Of a DNA stretch of 64,000 nt, positions 18,725-28,078 are shown one piece after another. Each line of letters opens with the position of its first letter. Position 1 is the first letter of the stretch. Where the stretch lies: contig CAVTJX010000015.1 of assembly GCA_963735175.1 (NCBI GenBank), forward strand, positions 1,657-65,656, in the 5' to 3' direction. The notes beneath the pieces were generated by a model. The model had not been told where the DNA came from, did not search any database, and saw nothing but the letters and a program-made list of their open reading frames with translations. The position numbers and the translations under genes were made by a program. This DNA comes from an uncultured bacterium (lineage in GTDB: Bacteria; Electryoneota; RPQS01).

Positions 18725-20080
18725 CCGACGCGCCGCTGATGATCTCCGTCTCCGGCGTGCGCGGCATCGTGGGCCGTTCGCTCACCGCCGACCTTGTCGT
18801 CAAGTGGGCGATGGCCTTTGGCACGCTTTGCAAGCCCGGTCCCGTCGTAGTCGGCGGCGACAGCCGCATCTCTAAAACCATGATGCGCGCCGCCACCTTC
18901 GCGGGACTTCTCCGGCGCGGGCGCGCGCATCATCGATGTCGGCGTCGTCTCCACGCCCACCGTCGGCCTCGCCGTCGAACACCACAAAGCTCGCGGCGGC
19001 ATCGCCATCACCGCCAGCCACAACCCCGCCGAGTGGAACGCCCTGAAGTTTTTCGACAGCACGGGGATGTTCCTCGATGAGGCCGCCGGATCGAAAGCTG
19101 CACGGCCTCACCGAATCCGGCCAGCGTCTCGACGTGCCCGCTGGCGAAGATCGGCACCTACGAACAAGACGAGCAAGCCGTCCGCCGCCACATCGACGCA
19201 GCACTCGGCGATTCCGTTTCTGAAGCTGAAGGAGCTGCGCGCCCGGCGCTTTCGCGTCGGCCTCGACTGCGTGAACGGCGCGGGCGGTGAAATGCTGACC
19301 AAGCTCCTTCACGAACTCGGCTGCGAAATCGCGGGTTTTCATCTCGAACCCACCGGCATCTTCCCGCGCAACCCCGAGCCACTGCCCGAACACCTGATCG
19401 AAGTCGGCGCCGCCATGCGCGAGGCCCGCGTCGATATCGGTTTCGTCGTCGATCCCGACGCCGACCGCCTCGCCGTGCTGCTCGAAACCGGCGCGCCCGC
19501 GGGCGAGGAACTCACCGTCGTCGCCGCCTCGGATCTGGTGTTGCGCTATAAGAAAGGTCCCGTCGTCGTCAATTGCTCCACCACCCGTGCCATCGACGAC
19601 CTCGCCGCCAAGTACGGCGTGCCCGTCTATCGCACCAAGGTCGGCGAAGCTCACGTCGCTCGCAAGATGAAAGATACCGGCGCAGTCATCGGCGGCGAAG
19701 GCAACGGCGGCGTAATGCTGCCGCTGGTCCACGCCGCGCGCGACACCGCCGTCGGCATTCCCATCATCCTGCAGGCCGTGCTCGAAGCGGGCAAGAGTGC
19801 CTCCGGCTATTTCGGTTCGCTGCCCCGCTATCAGATGGTCAAACGCCGCGTCGATTTCCCGGATCTGGGAAAGCTGAAGCACGCCCTTGCCACTGTCGAA
19901 ACGCGCGTTTCGTTGGGTACGCCCGATCGCCTTGACGGGCTGAAGTGGACGCTGCCCAATGCCTGGGTGCAGGTCCGCGCCTCCAACACCGAGCCCATCG
20001 CCCGCGTCTTCGCCGAGGCCCCCGAAAAACAAACCGCCGAAGACCTCGTCACTCAAGTCATGCACGCGCTCGAAGCATAG
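18718..20080 (+). CDS. Alpha-D-phosphohexomutase (phosphoglucomutase/phosphomannomutase family); at least two frame changes
   Basis: Reads [19 protein letters not shown], then [18 protein letters not shown] (active-site Ser loop) in another frame. ORF 19067..20080 then gives DPDADRL, GGEGNGG and VRASNTEP. Confidence 0.88.
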
Positions 20081-20117
20081 GAACAATTTCGCTTCCAGAA
20101 CCACCTTCAGAGGAACC

Positions 20118-21412
20118 ATGGATCGTACGGTTGCGTTAATACTGGGCGGCGGGCGCGGTCAGCGGCTGCATCCGCTGACGAAGCACCGCTCGAAACCCGC
20201 AGTGCCCTTCGGCGGCATGTACCGCCTCATCGACATCCCCGTCTCCAACTCGCTGAACTCGGGGATCTACCGCATCTTCGTCGTCACCCAGTTCAACTCG
20301 GCCTCGCTCAACCGCCACGTCGGCCTGACCTACAACTTCGACGCCTTCCGCGAAGGCTTTGTGACTATCCTTGCCGCCGAGCAGACGCCCGACAGCATGG
20401 ACTGGTACCAGGGCACCGCCGACGCCGTGCGCCAGAACATGCGCCACTTGCGCAGCCAGCAGCCGCAGGATGTGCTGATCCTCTCCGGCGACCACATCTA
20501 CCGCATGGACTACCGCGTGATGCTCGCTCTCGCACCGCCAGCAGCGCGGCGACGTCACCATTGCCGCCCTGCCCGTGCGCCAGTCGGAAATTTCCCGTTT
20601 CGGCATCCTGCGCATGAATACCGAGGGCCGCATCACCGATTTCGTGGAGAAGCCCCAGAAGCCCGGACCTTGTCAAGGGCTGGGAATTGTCCCCGGGCCT
20701 CTTTAACAGCGCGCATCTTCCCGGTGACGGGCCGATCTACATGGCGTCGATGGGCATCTACGCGCTCCGCTACGACGCGATGGACGATATGCTCGAACCC
20801 GAGCGCGGCACCGATTTCGGCAACCACGTCATCCCCTGGGCCATCACCCACTGCCGCGTGTTCGGTTTTCCCTTCGCCGATTACTGGGAAGACATCGGAA
20901 CGATTCGCTCCTACTACGACGCGAACCTCGCGCTTACCGACGACAGGCCGAAGTTCGAGCTGTTCAATCCGCAGATGAAGCTCTTCACGCATCCCCGCTT
21001 TCTGCCCGGTGCGCGGCTCGGTGATTCCCACATCCGCCACAGCCTGCTCTGCGCGGGCGCCCGCGCCGAAGAGGTCCGCGTCGACCGCAGCATCGTCGGC
21101 CTGCGCGCCGCGTTGAAGAGCGGCGTCACCATCGGCGATTCCGTCATTTGCGGCGCAGACTTTTACGAATCCGAGGAGAGCCTCGCCGAGAATCGCGAAT
21201 TGCAGCGGCCCGACGTCGGTATCGGGGGCGATACCTTCATCCGCCGCGCCATTGTCGATAAGAATGCCCGCATCGGCTACGGCGTCGTCATCGATCCCGG
21301 CGAAAATGCCCCCGATTCCGACGGCGACGGCTACGCCGTGCGCGATGGGATCGTCATCATTGAAAAAAGCGCCGTCATCCCCGATGGCAGCAGAATCCCG
21401 GAGCGCAAGTAA
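20118..21412 (+). CDS. glgC: Glucose-1-phosphate adenylyltransferase; at least two frame changes around 20520-20690
   Basis: Reads [49 protein letters not shown] and WYQGTADAV. The C-terminal left-handed beta-helix part is in ORF 20687..21412. Confidence 0.9.
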
Positions 21413-21413
21413 T

Positions 21414-22763
21414 TTGCTGGTTGTCGAACTGATCGCGCGCAAACAGCGCGGCGAAGCGCTGGCGGCCGATGAAATTTCCGCCCTCGTTCAGGGCTTCACG
21501 ACGGGCGACGTCCCGGAGTACCAGATGGCCGCCATGCTCATGGCCATTTATTTCCAGGGACTCACTGACGACGAAGGCCGCCATTTCCTCAAGGCCATGA
21601 TCGACTCCGGGCGGCGACTCACGCTCCCGTCAGTACCCGGCATCAAGGTTGACAAGCATTCCACCGGCGGGGTGGGCGACAAGACCTCGCTCATCGTCGC
21701 CCCCGTGGTTGCCGCCGCGGGTGTGCCCGTACCCATGATTTCGGGCCGCGCCCTTGGCCATACCGGCGGAACGCTCGATAAGCTCGAGAGCATTCCCGGC
21801 TTCCGCGTCGGCCTCAGTGAAGCGGAGTTCGAAGACATTCTTGGCCGCGTCGGTTGCGCCCTCGGAGCTCAGACCTCCGAACTGGTGCCCGCCGACCGCA
21901 AGCTCTACGCGCTGCGCGACGTCACCTCCACGGTATCAATTCCGCCGCTCATCGCCGCCAGCATTCTCTCCAAGAAGATCGCCGAGGGCACCAATGCTCT
22001 CGTGATGGATGTTAAAGTCGGACCGGGCGGCTTTCTGCGCAGCGAAGCGGAGGCGCGCGACCTCTCGCAGACCCTCGTCCGCTGGTCGGCGGCGGAAAAT
22101 GTGCAGACCATTGTCTTCGGCACGGACATGTCCGCGCCTTTGGGTCGCGCGGCGGGCAATACCCCCGAAGTCATCGAGTGCCTCGACATCCTCCGCACCG
22201 GCACCGGCGACGCCCGGCTGATGGAACTCTGCCGTCAGCTCGGCGCGGGCATGCTGCTGCTCGGCGGCAAGGCCGACACCATGGAGAGTGCCACCGCACG
22301 CTTCGACGAAATTCTGCAAAGCGGCGCGGGGTATGAAAAGTTCAAGGAAATCGCCGCCGCCCAGGGATCCAGTGCCGAGATCATCGAGCGCTATTCAGAC
22401 TCATGGCAGCCTACTCACCGCCACGAAATCCGCGCTCCGCGCAGCGGATTCGTCAGCGCCGTTCACGCGCGCGAGGTGGGCATTGCGCTGGTGGATTTGG
22501 GAGCCGGACGGCGCACGGCCGCCGATCCGGTCGATCACTCGGCGGGAGTGATCTTCGAAAAACAGACGGGCGAAACGGTGAACGCCGGAGAATTGCTGGC
22601 CACCGTATGCTGGTCCCGGAGTGTCAATGCCGCCGCCGGACTGCACCGCCTCGAGCGCGCATTTGTTCTCGGCGACGTTAAGCCCGCCAGCGAACCGCTG
22701 CTGAAATTCTACTGCGATGCCACAGGAGTCAAACCGGTCGGCGCCCGCGCGCTGCCCGCGTAA
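21414..22763 (+). CDS. Thymidine / pyrimidine-nucleoside phosphorylase
   Basis: TTG start at 21414 right after the glgC stop. Motifs KVDKHSTGGVGDK, SGRALGHTGGTLDKLES and LYALRDVT. Intact. Confidence 0.88.
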   Translation: MLVVELIARKQRGEALAADEISALVQGFTTGDVPEYQMAAMLMAIYFQGLTDDEGRHFLKAMIDSGRRLTLPSVPGIKVDKHSTGGVGDKTSLIVAPVVAAAGVPVPMISGRALGHTGGTLDKLESIPGFRVGLSEAEFEDILGRVGCALGAQTSELVPADRKLYALRDVTSTVSIPPLIAASILSKKIAEGTNALVMDVKVGPGGFLRSEAEARDLSQTLVRWSAAENVQTIVFGTDMSAPLGRAAGNTPEVIECLDILRTGTGDARLMELCRQLGAGMLLLGGKADTMESATARFDEILQSGAGYEKFKEIAAAQGSSAEIIERYSDSWQPTHRHEIRAPRSGFVSAVHAREVGIALVDLGAGRRTAADPVDHSAGVIFEKQTGETVNAGELLATVCWSRSVNAAAGLHRLERAFVLGDVKPASEPLLKFYCDATGVKPVGARALPA

Positions 22764-22782
22764 TCCAGAGGAGGATAGATCG

Positions 22783-23076
22783 ATGGACGAGCAGACCGAA
22801 CATAAGATCCGCGACCTCAAGCTCAAATTGCTGATGGTCGAAAAAGAACTGAACGCGTCACAGCACAAAACCAACCTCGGCGCCATGCTGCGCGCGGGCA
22901 ATCCGGCGCAGATGGCCCGCGCCGCCGATCGCGACCGCAAACGGCTCGAAGAAAAGCGCGACAAGCTGATGGAACAACTCGTCGCGCTCGATCCGAACAG
23001 CGCCGAAGCCAAGCCCGCGCCCGCGAAAGCGGCCGCCAATCCCAAACCGAAGAATCCGCCGCAGCGCACGGCCTGA
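22783..23076 (+). CDS. Small coiled-coil hypothetical protein (97 aa)
   Basis: ATG at 22783 (MDEQTEHKIRDLKLKLLMVEKEL...). Lys/Ala/Pro-rich tail. No family recognised. Confidence 0.4.
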   Translation: MDEQTEHKIRDLKLKLLMVEKELNASQHKTNLGAMLRAGNPAQMARAADRDRKRLEEKRDKLMEQLVALDPNSAEAKPAPAKAAANPKPKNPPQRTA

Positions 23077-23085
23077 AACGAAAGT

Positions 23086-23108
23086 GGGGCGGCCTCATCG
23101 GCCGCCCC
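23086..23108. terminator. GC-rich hairpin between convergent genes (possible bidirectional terminator)
   Basis: GGGGCGGCC-TCATC-GGCCGCCCC. The flanking T-tracts are weak on both strands. Confidence 0.5.
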
Positions 23109-23139
23109 ATCTCCTGATTTGTCATTCCACGGCGGCGCG

Positions 23140-23469
23140 CTATCCCTCTACGTGATTCCGCAGTTTCTCCTCGAATTTCGCTTTCGGCAAAACGCCGGTG
23201 ACCTGTTCGACGAGGCTGCCATTCTTGAAGAACAGCACTTGCGGGATATTCAAAATGCCATAGCGGCGGGGGGTCTCGGGGCTCGTGGAAATATCCAGCG
23301 AGCCGATGACTGCCTTATCCTGCCATTTCGGGGCCAGCTCTTCGAGCATGGCCTCGATTTTCTTGCAGGGAGCGCACCACTCCGCGCCAAAGTCCAGAAT
23401 CGCCAGTTTACTCGATCGCAGAATCACGCCTTCAAAATTCGCATCGGTGACTTCCACCAGATTCGACAT
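23140..23469 (-). CDS. trxA: Thioredoxin
   Basis: Intact 109-aa ORF with the WCAPCK active site. Confidence 0.92.
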   Translation of the reverse strand: MSNLVEVTDANFEGVILRSSKLAILDFGAEWCAPCKKIEAMLEELAPKWQDKAVIGSLDISTSPETPRRYGILNIPQVLFFKNGSLVEQVTGVLPKAKFEEKLRNHVEG

Positions 23470-23494
23470 CGCAGTCGCTCCTTGATTGTCCGTC

Positions 23495-25266
23495 TTACAA
23501 TTGATGTTGGTCGAGCAGGGCTACGAATGCGTCCGCGGGCTTGAATCCCGTAAAGCGCGTGACTTCTTCGCCCGCCGGATTATAAAGGATCACCGTCGGC
23601 ATACCCGTGATCCGGTATTTCGTCTTCATCTCCTTCACCCACGGCGTCTCCTTCGTGAAATCGAGTTTCAGCCGCACGAAGTTGCCCACCCGGTCGACGA
23701 CCTTTGGCACCGTGTAGGTTTTCTCGTCGAGTTCCACGCAGGCCACGCACCAGTCGGCATAGACGTCCACCAGCACCGGCTTGCCGCCGGATTTCGCATC
23801 AGCCCACGCCTGCTCCTCTTTGTTCACCAGCCACGTCACGCTGCTCTTCTCCGCGCTCGCCACATTCGCCGACGGACTCGGGCTAAAGGCATGGAAGAGC
23901 ATCATTGCGCCAATCAGGAAGGCGATCAGCGTGAGTGCCTTCTTCAAACGCTTCCCCGCGCCTGCGTCAGACGGCATGGAATCAAACGCGCCGGCGAAAA
24001 CCGCGAAGACTATCAGCAGCACGGCCCAGGCCAGCGAATAATACGGCTGCGGAATCGTCAGCCGCAGCAAATAGAGCGCCGCCGCCAACAATAGCCAGCC
24101 GAAGCCGTGCTTGATGCCATCCATCCACGCGCCCGCGCGCGGAAGGCCCTTGATCGCTCCGGCAAACGCGCCAATGACGAGGAACAGCACCCCGAGCCCC
24201 AGCGAGAACACGAACAGCAGCGACCAGCCTAACAGCAGGTTGTGCGTCTGCGCCACCCAGGCCAGCAGCGCCACGATCACCGGCCCCACGCAGGGCGCCA
24301 TCACGAGGCCCTGAAATCATGCCCAACACCAACGGCGCGATCAGCCCCTTGCGCGGACTGCCGCTTTGCAGTTTGGATTGCATGGACGATGGCAGCGCGA
24401 TTTCAAACGCGCCCAGCATGCTGACGCCCATCACGGCGAAGATCAGCGCCACGCCATAGGTCACCAGCGGCGAGCCGGAAATCGAACCGAAGAGACTGCC
24501 GGTCGCCGCCGAGATGAGGCCGAGCGTGCTGTAGATCAGCGCGATCCCGAGCACGAAGATCGAAGCCAGTCCCAGCCCGTGCAACTTGCTGCGGCTCGCC
24601 CCGCCAATATAGCCGATGGTGATCGGAATCACAGGGTAAACGCAGGGCGTGAAGCTCGGCAAGAATCCCGCCGACGAACACCAGCAGAAACGCCAGCCAC
24701 GAGCCTTTGTTCAGCGCGGCGGTGAGCCGTTCGTCAAGCGACATCGCCTGAGTTCCGGCGGGCGGCGGCGCGAAGACCTCCGCATTGGCCGCGGTCACGG
24801 CCGTTCCCGCCGGCACAATCGTCGCCGTCAATTCGATGGTCTTCTCTTCGGGCATGAAGCAGACTTCGTTGCCGAATTCCTGGCACATCTGATAGGCCAC
24901 AGCCACCGGAATCTTGTATGTGCCCGGTTTGGCGGAATCCGTGGCCGCCACGGGTAGCGACACAACTACGCGGCCGCGATAGCAAACCTCGTCCTCTTTC
25001 AGCGTCACGCCCTGTGGGAATATCGGCTCGCTGAAGTCGAGACCCAGCGTGTCGTTCACGGTTACCGTGAAGAGGCCAAAGGCCACGTCTGTGATGTGAT
25101 GCTTGGCGGGCACGTCAAAGACCACGCCCAGCGTCGCGCCTTCACCCATCGGAATGGCCGAGCGGCTCCACACGGCCTTGAGCGGCACGGCGGGAGCGGT
25201 CACATCCTGCGCGAGGGTGGCGCTAACCAGTAACAAAATGCTGACGAATGCGAACAGCCGTTTCAA
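23495..25266 (-). CDS. dsbD: Thiol:disulfide interchange protein DsbD (N-terminal periplasmic domain, CcdA-like membrane core, C-terminal thioredoxin domain); two frame changes
   Basis: TTG start at 25266 with GGAGGA 5 nt upstream. Signal peptide KRLFAFVSILLLVSATLAQ. ORFs 23982..24662 and 23495..24304 supply FTPCVYPVIPIT, APCVGPVI and the C-terminal YADWCVACVELD. Confidence 0.88.
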
Positions 25267-25305
25267 TGCAATCCTCCGAAGTCGTATCGTCTGAACTGAA
25301 AATAA

Positions 25306-25785
25306 TTGTTTGAGGTTCCCGTGAAAGCTCATATCCGCCATACCGACGGACACACCTTTCTGGCCAAGTCCGAATCCAATCATTGGCTTCCCTTCGAATC
25401 CGCGCTGGCGCCGGGCGAGCCGTATGCCGCCAACAATCCCGTGCAACTGCTGGTCATCGCCTGCGGCGGCTGCGTTTCCATCGACGTGCTCGGCATGCTG
25501 CAGAAGAGCCGTCGCGAGGTCACGCGCTACGAAATGGAAGTCGATGCGTCGCGCGCCGAGACCAATCCAAAAATTCTGCGCGGGCTCTGCTTTCATGTGA
25601 AAGTCGATGGCCCGGAAATCACCTTCGAACAGGTGCAGCGCGCGCTGGATTTGTCGCTGACGAAATACTGTTCGGTCTCGCTCTCGCTCGACCGCAGCAT
25701 CACCTTCAAAGCCCGCATCACCCTCAACGGCCATCGTAGCGAAACGTGGGAGATCGCGCGGGATGAGACTCTATTTATGCGGTAG
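25306..25785 (+). CDS. OsmC/Ohr-family protein
   Basis: Intact 159-aa ORF with LLVIACGGCVSIDV and the LTKYCSVSLSL cysteine motifs typical of OsmC. Confidence 0.78.
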   Translation: MFEVPVKAHIRHTDGHTFLAKSESNHWLPFESALAPGEPYAANNPVQLLVIACGGCVSIDVLGMLQKSRREVTRYEMEVDASRAETNPKILRGLCFHVKVDGPEITFEQVQRALDLSLTKYCSVSLSLDRSITFKARITLNGHRSETWEIARDETLFMR

Positions 25786-25787
25786 AA

Positions 25788-25811
25788 GAGCGCACTGCTG
25801 TGCGGCACTAC
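25788..25811 (-). repeat. REP-like element, family B (minus strand GTAGTGCCGCACAGCAGTGCGCTC)
   Basis: One substitution relative to 15917..15940. Directly follows the OsmC stop codon. Confidence 0.7.
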
Positions 25812-25932
25812 ATCAGACACGGCGGTCGTGAAAAAACAATTTTGACAAAACGAACTGGCCTTTATTGCCGCTCCTGACCGAGGTTACGAAAAACAGAACC
25901 CCTGCTTTTCGTCGGTTTTGGACTGCTTTTTC

Positions 25933-25976
25933 GCCCCGAATGACCATGAATGTGATCTTTTTCGGGGCATTTTTTT
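25933..25976 (+). terminator. Hairpin plus T-run (GCCCCGAA-N20-TTCGGGGC-A-TTTTTTT)
   Basis: 8-bp stem with a large loop followed by seven T. It lies 150 nt downstream of the OsmC stop. Confidence 0.5.
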
Positions 25977-26176
25977 ACCTCGGAAACACGGATCCATCAG
26001 CTCGCCGCAAACCGCTTTCGCCATAGCTGAAAATAGGTAAGCGGAAGCGCGAAGTCAAGTGGTTTTGAATATTCGTTCAAACCCCGAAAGCGCTTTCAGA
26101 TAACGGGTATTGGCATTGGAGTTAGCGGAAGCCATCGACATTTGAGGAGGCATATGTGGAAAGCGATGAACTGAAA

Positions 26177-26422
26177 CTACTCTATTAAGCGCTTACCGAT
26201 CAGCTCCCTGACTTCATCACGATGCTCAAGATCGTGGCAATCGCTGCAGAGTTGCTCGCAATCCGCTAAGAAAACGTTACCGGCGCCGCTTTGCTGGGGC
26301 TGAACATGCAGACATATCGCCCTTGCTTGACATCGACCCGTATGAAATTCGTGATGCGCCGGATTATTACACTGGCATTGCCCCAGAAGAAACCGGGCAT
26401 GTATCAGGGTTGACTGGTTCAT
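26177..26422 (-). CDS. HNH-endonuclease-like ORF. The frame stays open upstream to ~26596 without a start codon, so it may be fused to the upstream ORF by a frame slip
   Basis: Contains CQC...HHEFH...GNVFLADCEQLCSDCHDLEH, which resembles the Cys/His/Asn spacing of HNH nucleases. The region is AT-richer. Confidence 0.5.
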   Translation of the reverse strand: MNQSTLIHARFLLGQCQCNNPAHHEFHTGRCQARAICLHVQPQQSGAGNVFLADCEQLCSDCHDLEHRDEVRELIGKRLIE

Positions 26423-26582
26423 AGCCGACCTACACCTCTCGAGAACTATCTGCCACGCGGCCTCTTCGCTCAGCGCTCTAAGAGGTGCAAGGACCCAAGT
26501 CGCTACTTGATCGACATAATCGGATTGTCTTGGGGCTGGCTCCTTCTCGGTGAATTCGTAGTACCATCTGGAAATGAGATCA

Positions 26583-26984
26583 TCACCTCGTGTAATCTCT
26601 CGTTAGGTGAGATCGGAACTCTGGAATGGCCTTGATTAGTTCCTGCGCGGATGAATGACAGGGTCCGGAAGCCTCATGCGCAAAATAATTGCGCGACATT
26701 CGCGCTTCCTTCAGCAGTTGAAATTCAGAGTCGCTAAGATTCGATATATTTTTAAGATGTTCAACTGCTCCTCCTCGCTTCTTAATCGACTCCATAAATT
26801 CTTTAAAACGGTCGAAGACACCTTGGTCAGGCTCAATTCCATTAGCGATGTATTCTTCTATTGAACAGCCCCAAGAGGTGATCCACCTGATATTTTGATC
26901 GAAATTCTGGCAGACAACTGTTGCGCGGCCCAGTGCAGCAATCCAACACATCTGGAGATCGCCAAATTCGAATGTGAGCCACAT
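26583..26984 (-). CDS. Hypothetical protein with a HEPN-like Rx4H motif (LKEARMSRNYFAHE)
   Basis: 133-aa ORF. RNYFAH matches the R-x4-H catalytic signature of HEPN RNases (RNxxxH as in the DUF86/HepT type) at about three quarters of the length. The rest of the sequence is not recognised. Confidence 0.45.
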   Translation of the reverse strand: MWLTFEFGDLQMCWIAALGRATVVCQNFDQNIRWITSWGCSIEEYIANGIEPDQGVFDRFKEFMESIKKRGGAVEHLKNISNLSDSEFQLLKEARMSRNYFAHEASGPCHSSAQELIKAIPEFRSHLTRDYTR

Positions 26985-27151
26985 CTTTGATTACTTGGAA
27001 TACTAGACCTGAAGTAGAATGATACTGGCGAACATCAAATTCGGTAATGGGATTCCGGGCTGGGCGAAGACGACCTGCCTCATTGCGAGAACCTGAGATC
27101 CTTCAGCCGCGGACGGCTTCAGGATGACACGCGGGGTGGTGTTCGCATTTC

Positions 27152-27700
27152 TTATGGGTACATCAGCGCGAGATAAGCCAGAAATCCATTTTCCGATGGG
27201 CGCGAACGTTTGGCGGGGCGGCCGCGCATCGGCCAGGTGTCCTCGATCCATTTCAGTGTTTGCGTGTAGCCGGGGAAGATCTTCTCGCTCTGACGGAATT
27301 CGGGCGTGTGAAAGCGGCGCTCGCCCTTGGGGCCTTCAGAAAAGCCGTAATACAAGTGCAGCATTTCATGGTGCAGCACCTGCGCCACCACCACGTCGGG
27401 CACGCGCGCGTCGTCCAACGCACAATTGATGGTGATGACGCGCTTCTTTACGTCGCACAAACCGAGCGTGCTCTTCCAGCGGTTGCGCGACCAGCGCATC
27501 ACGCACGGCGCGAGGCCGTTCTTGAAGACCGTGCGGTTGATGGTGGCAAAGAACTCATTCAGATCGTACACGTCGCCCTGCGGCTGATGGCGCGGCCCGC
27601 GACCATTCGTTACCACCGGCAGCGGCAGCGGCGCCGGCGCGGGAGGCGCGGCAAACAAATCCAGTTGCTCGAGGGACAACAGCGCGGGCGGCCTGTTCAT
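27152..27700 (-). CDS. SprT-like zinc metallopeptidase-domain protein
   Basis: Intact 182-aa ORF with ITINCALDD...VVAQVLHHEMLHLYYG...RFHTPEF (HExxH plus a downstream His, SprT/YgjP-like arrangement). Confidence 0.65.
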   Translation of the reverse strand: MNRPPALLSLEQLDLFAAPPAPAPLPLPVVTNGRGPRHQPQGDVYDLNEFFATINRTVFKNGLAPCVMRWSRNRWKSTLGLCDVKKRVITINCALDDARVPDVVVAQVLHHEMLHLYYGFSEGPKGERRFHTPEFRQSEKIFPGYTQTLKWIEDTWPMRGRPAKRSRPSENGFLAYLALMYP

Positions 27701-27707
27701 GGCGGGT

Positions 27708-28052
27708 TCAGCACTCCCTTAAAATCGGTGGCGTCCACGCGCAGCGCTTGACGCGCGGCGGCGGCTCGCATGAGGATAAGCATCCGGAAGAAAGTCGATC
27801 AGCGTCAATGATCCAGAAACACGCGGGAAGCGAAACAAACCCATGAATTCCGGCAAGATCCGAAAGCATAAACGTTTGGAGAGCCATTCCAACCCACTTA
27901 GACCGGGCGTTATGAATTCGGGATTTGTAGATCAGAAAGCAGTCTGAAAGCGTGGAATCTGGCTCGGTGGGTTGACATTGTCCCGCGAATATGCGATCTT
28001 GTGGCGACAACAACTCCTCGGCTTTGATGGCCGAATGGAACCAGTAATCCAC
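27708..28052 (-). CDS. Hypothetical ORF upstream of the SprT-like gene; reading frame at the 3' end uncertain
   Basis: 114-aa ORF in an AT-richer stretch. A different frame ends ...RQALRVDATDFKGVLNPP* in an ATGA overlap with the SprT-like start, suggesting a frame slip. Confidence 0.25.
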   Translation of the reverse strand: MDYWFHSAIKAEELLSPQDRIFAGQCQPTEPDSTLSDCFLIYKSRIHNARSKWVGMALQTFMLSDLAGIHGFVSLPACFWIIDADRLSSGCLSSCEPPPRVKRCAWTPPILREC

Positions 28053-28078
28053 GGTCCAATACTAAGAACTTCAAAAGG

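Noticed and set aside
18872-20119. 415-aa minus-strand ORF opposite the phosphohexomutase gene. Similar long antisense ORFs occur at 16605..17675, 34769..36022, 38353..39849, 41576..42985, 48549..49814 and 58179..59270
   Set aside because: All lie opposite genes with clear homology, have no recognisable motifs, and show the biased composition of GC-rich antisense frames.
24403-25734. 443-aa ORF extending dsbD far upstream
   Set aside because: The part above 25266 is antisense to the OsmC gene. A TTG start with a GGAGGA Shine-Dalgarno sequence at 25266 gives a normal signal peptide.
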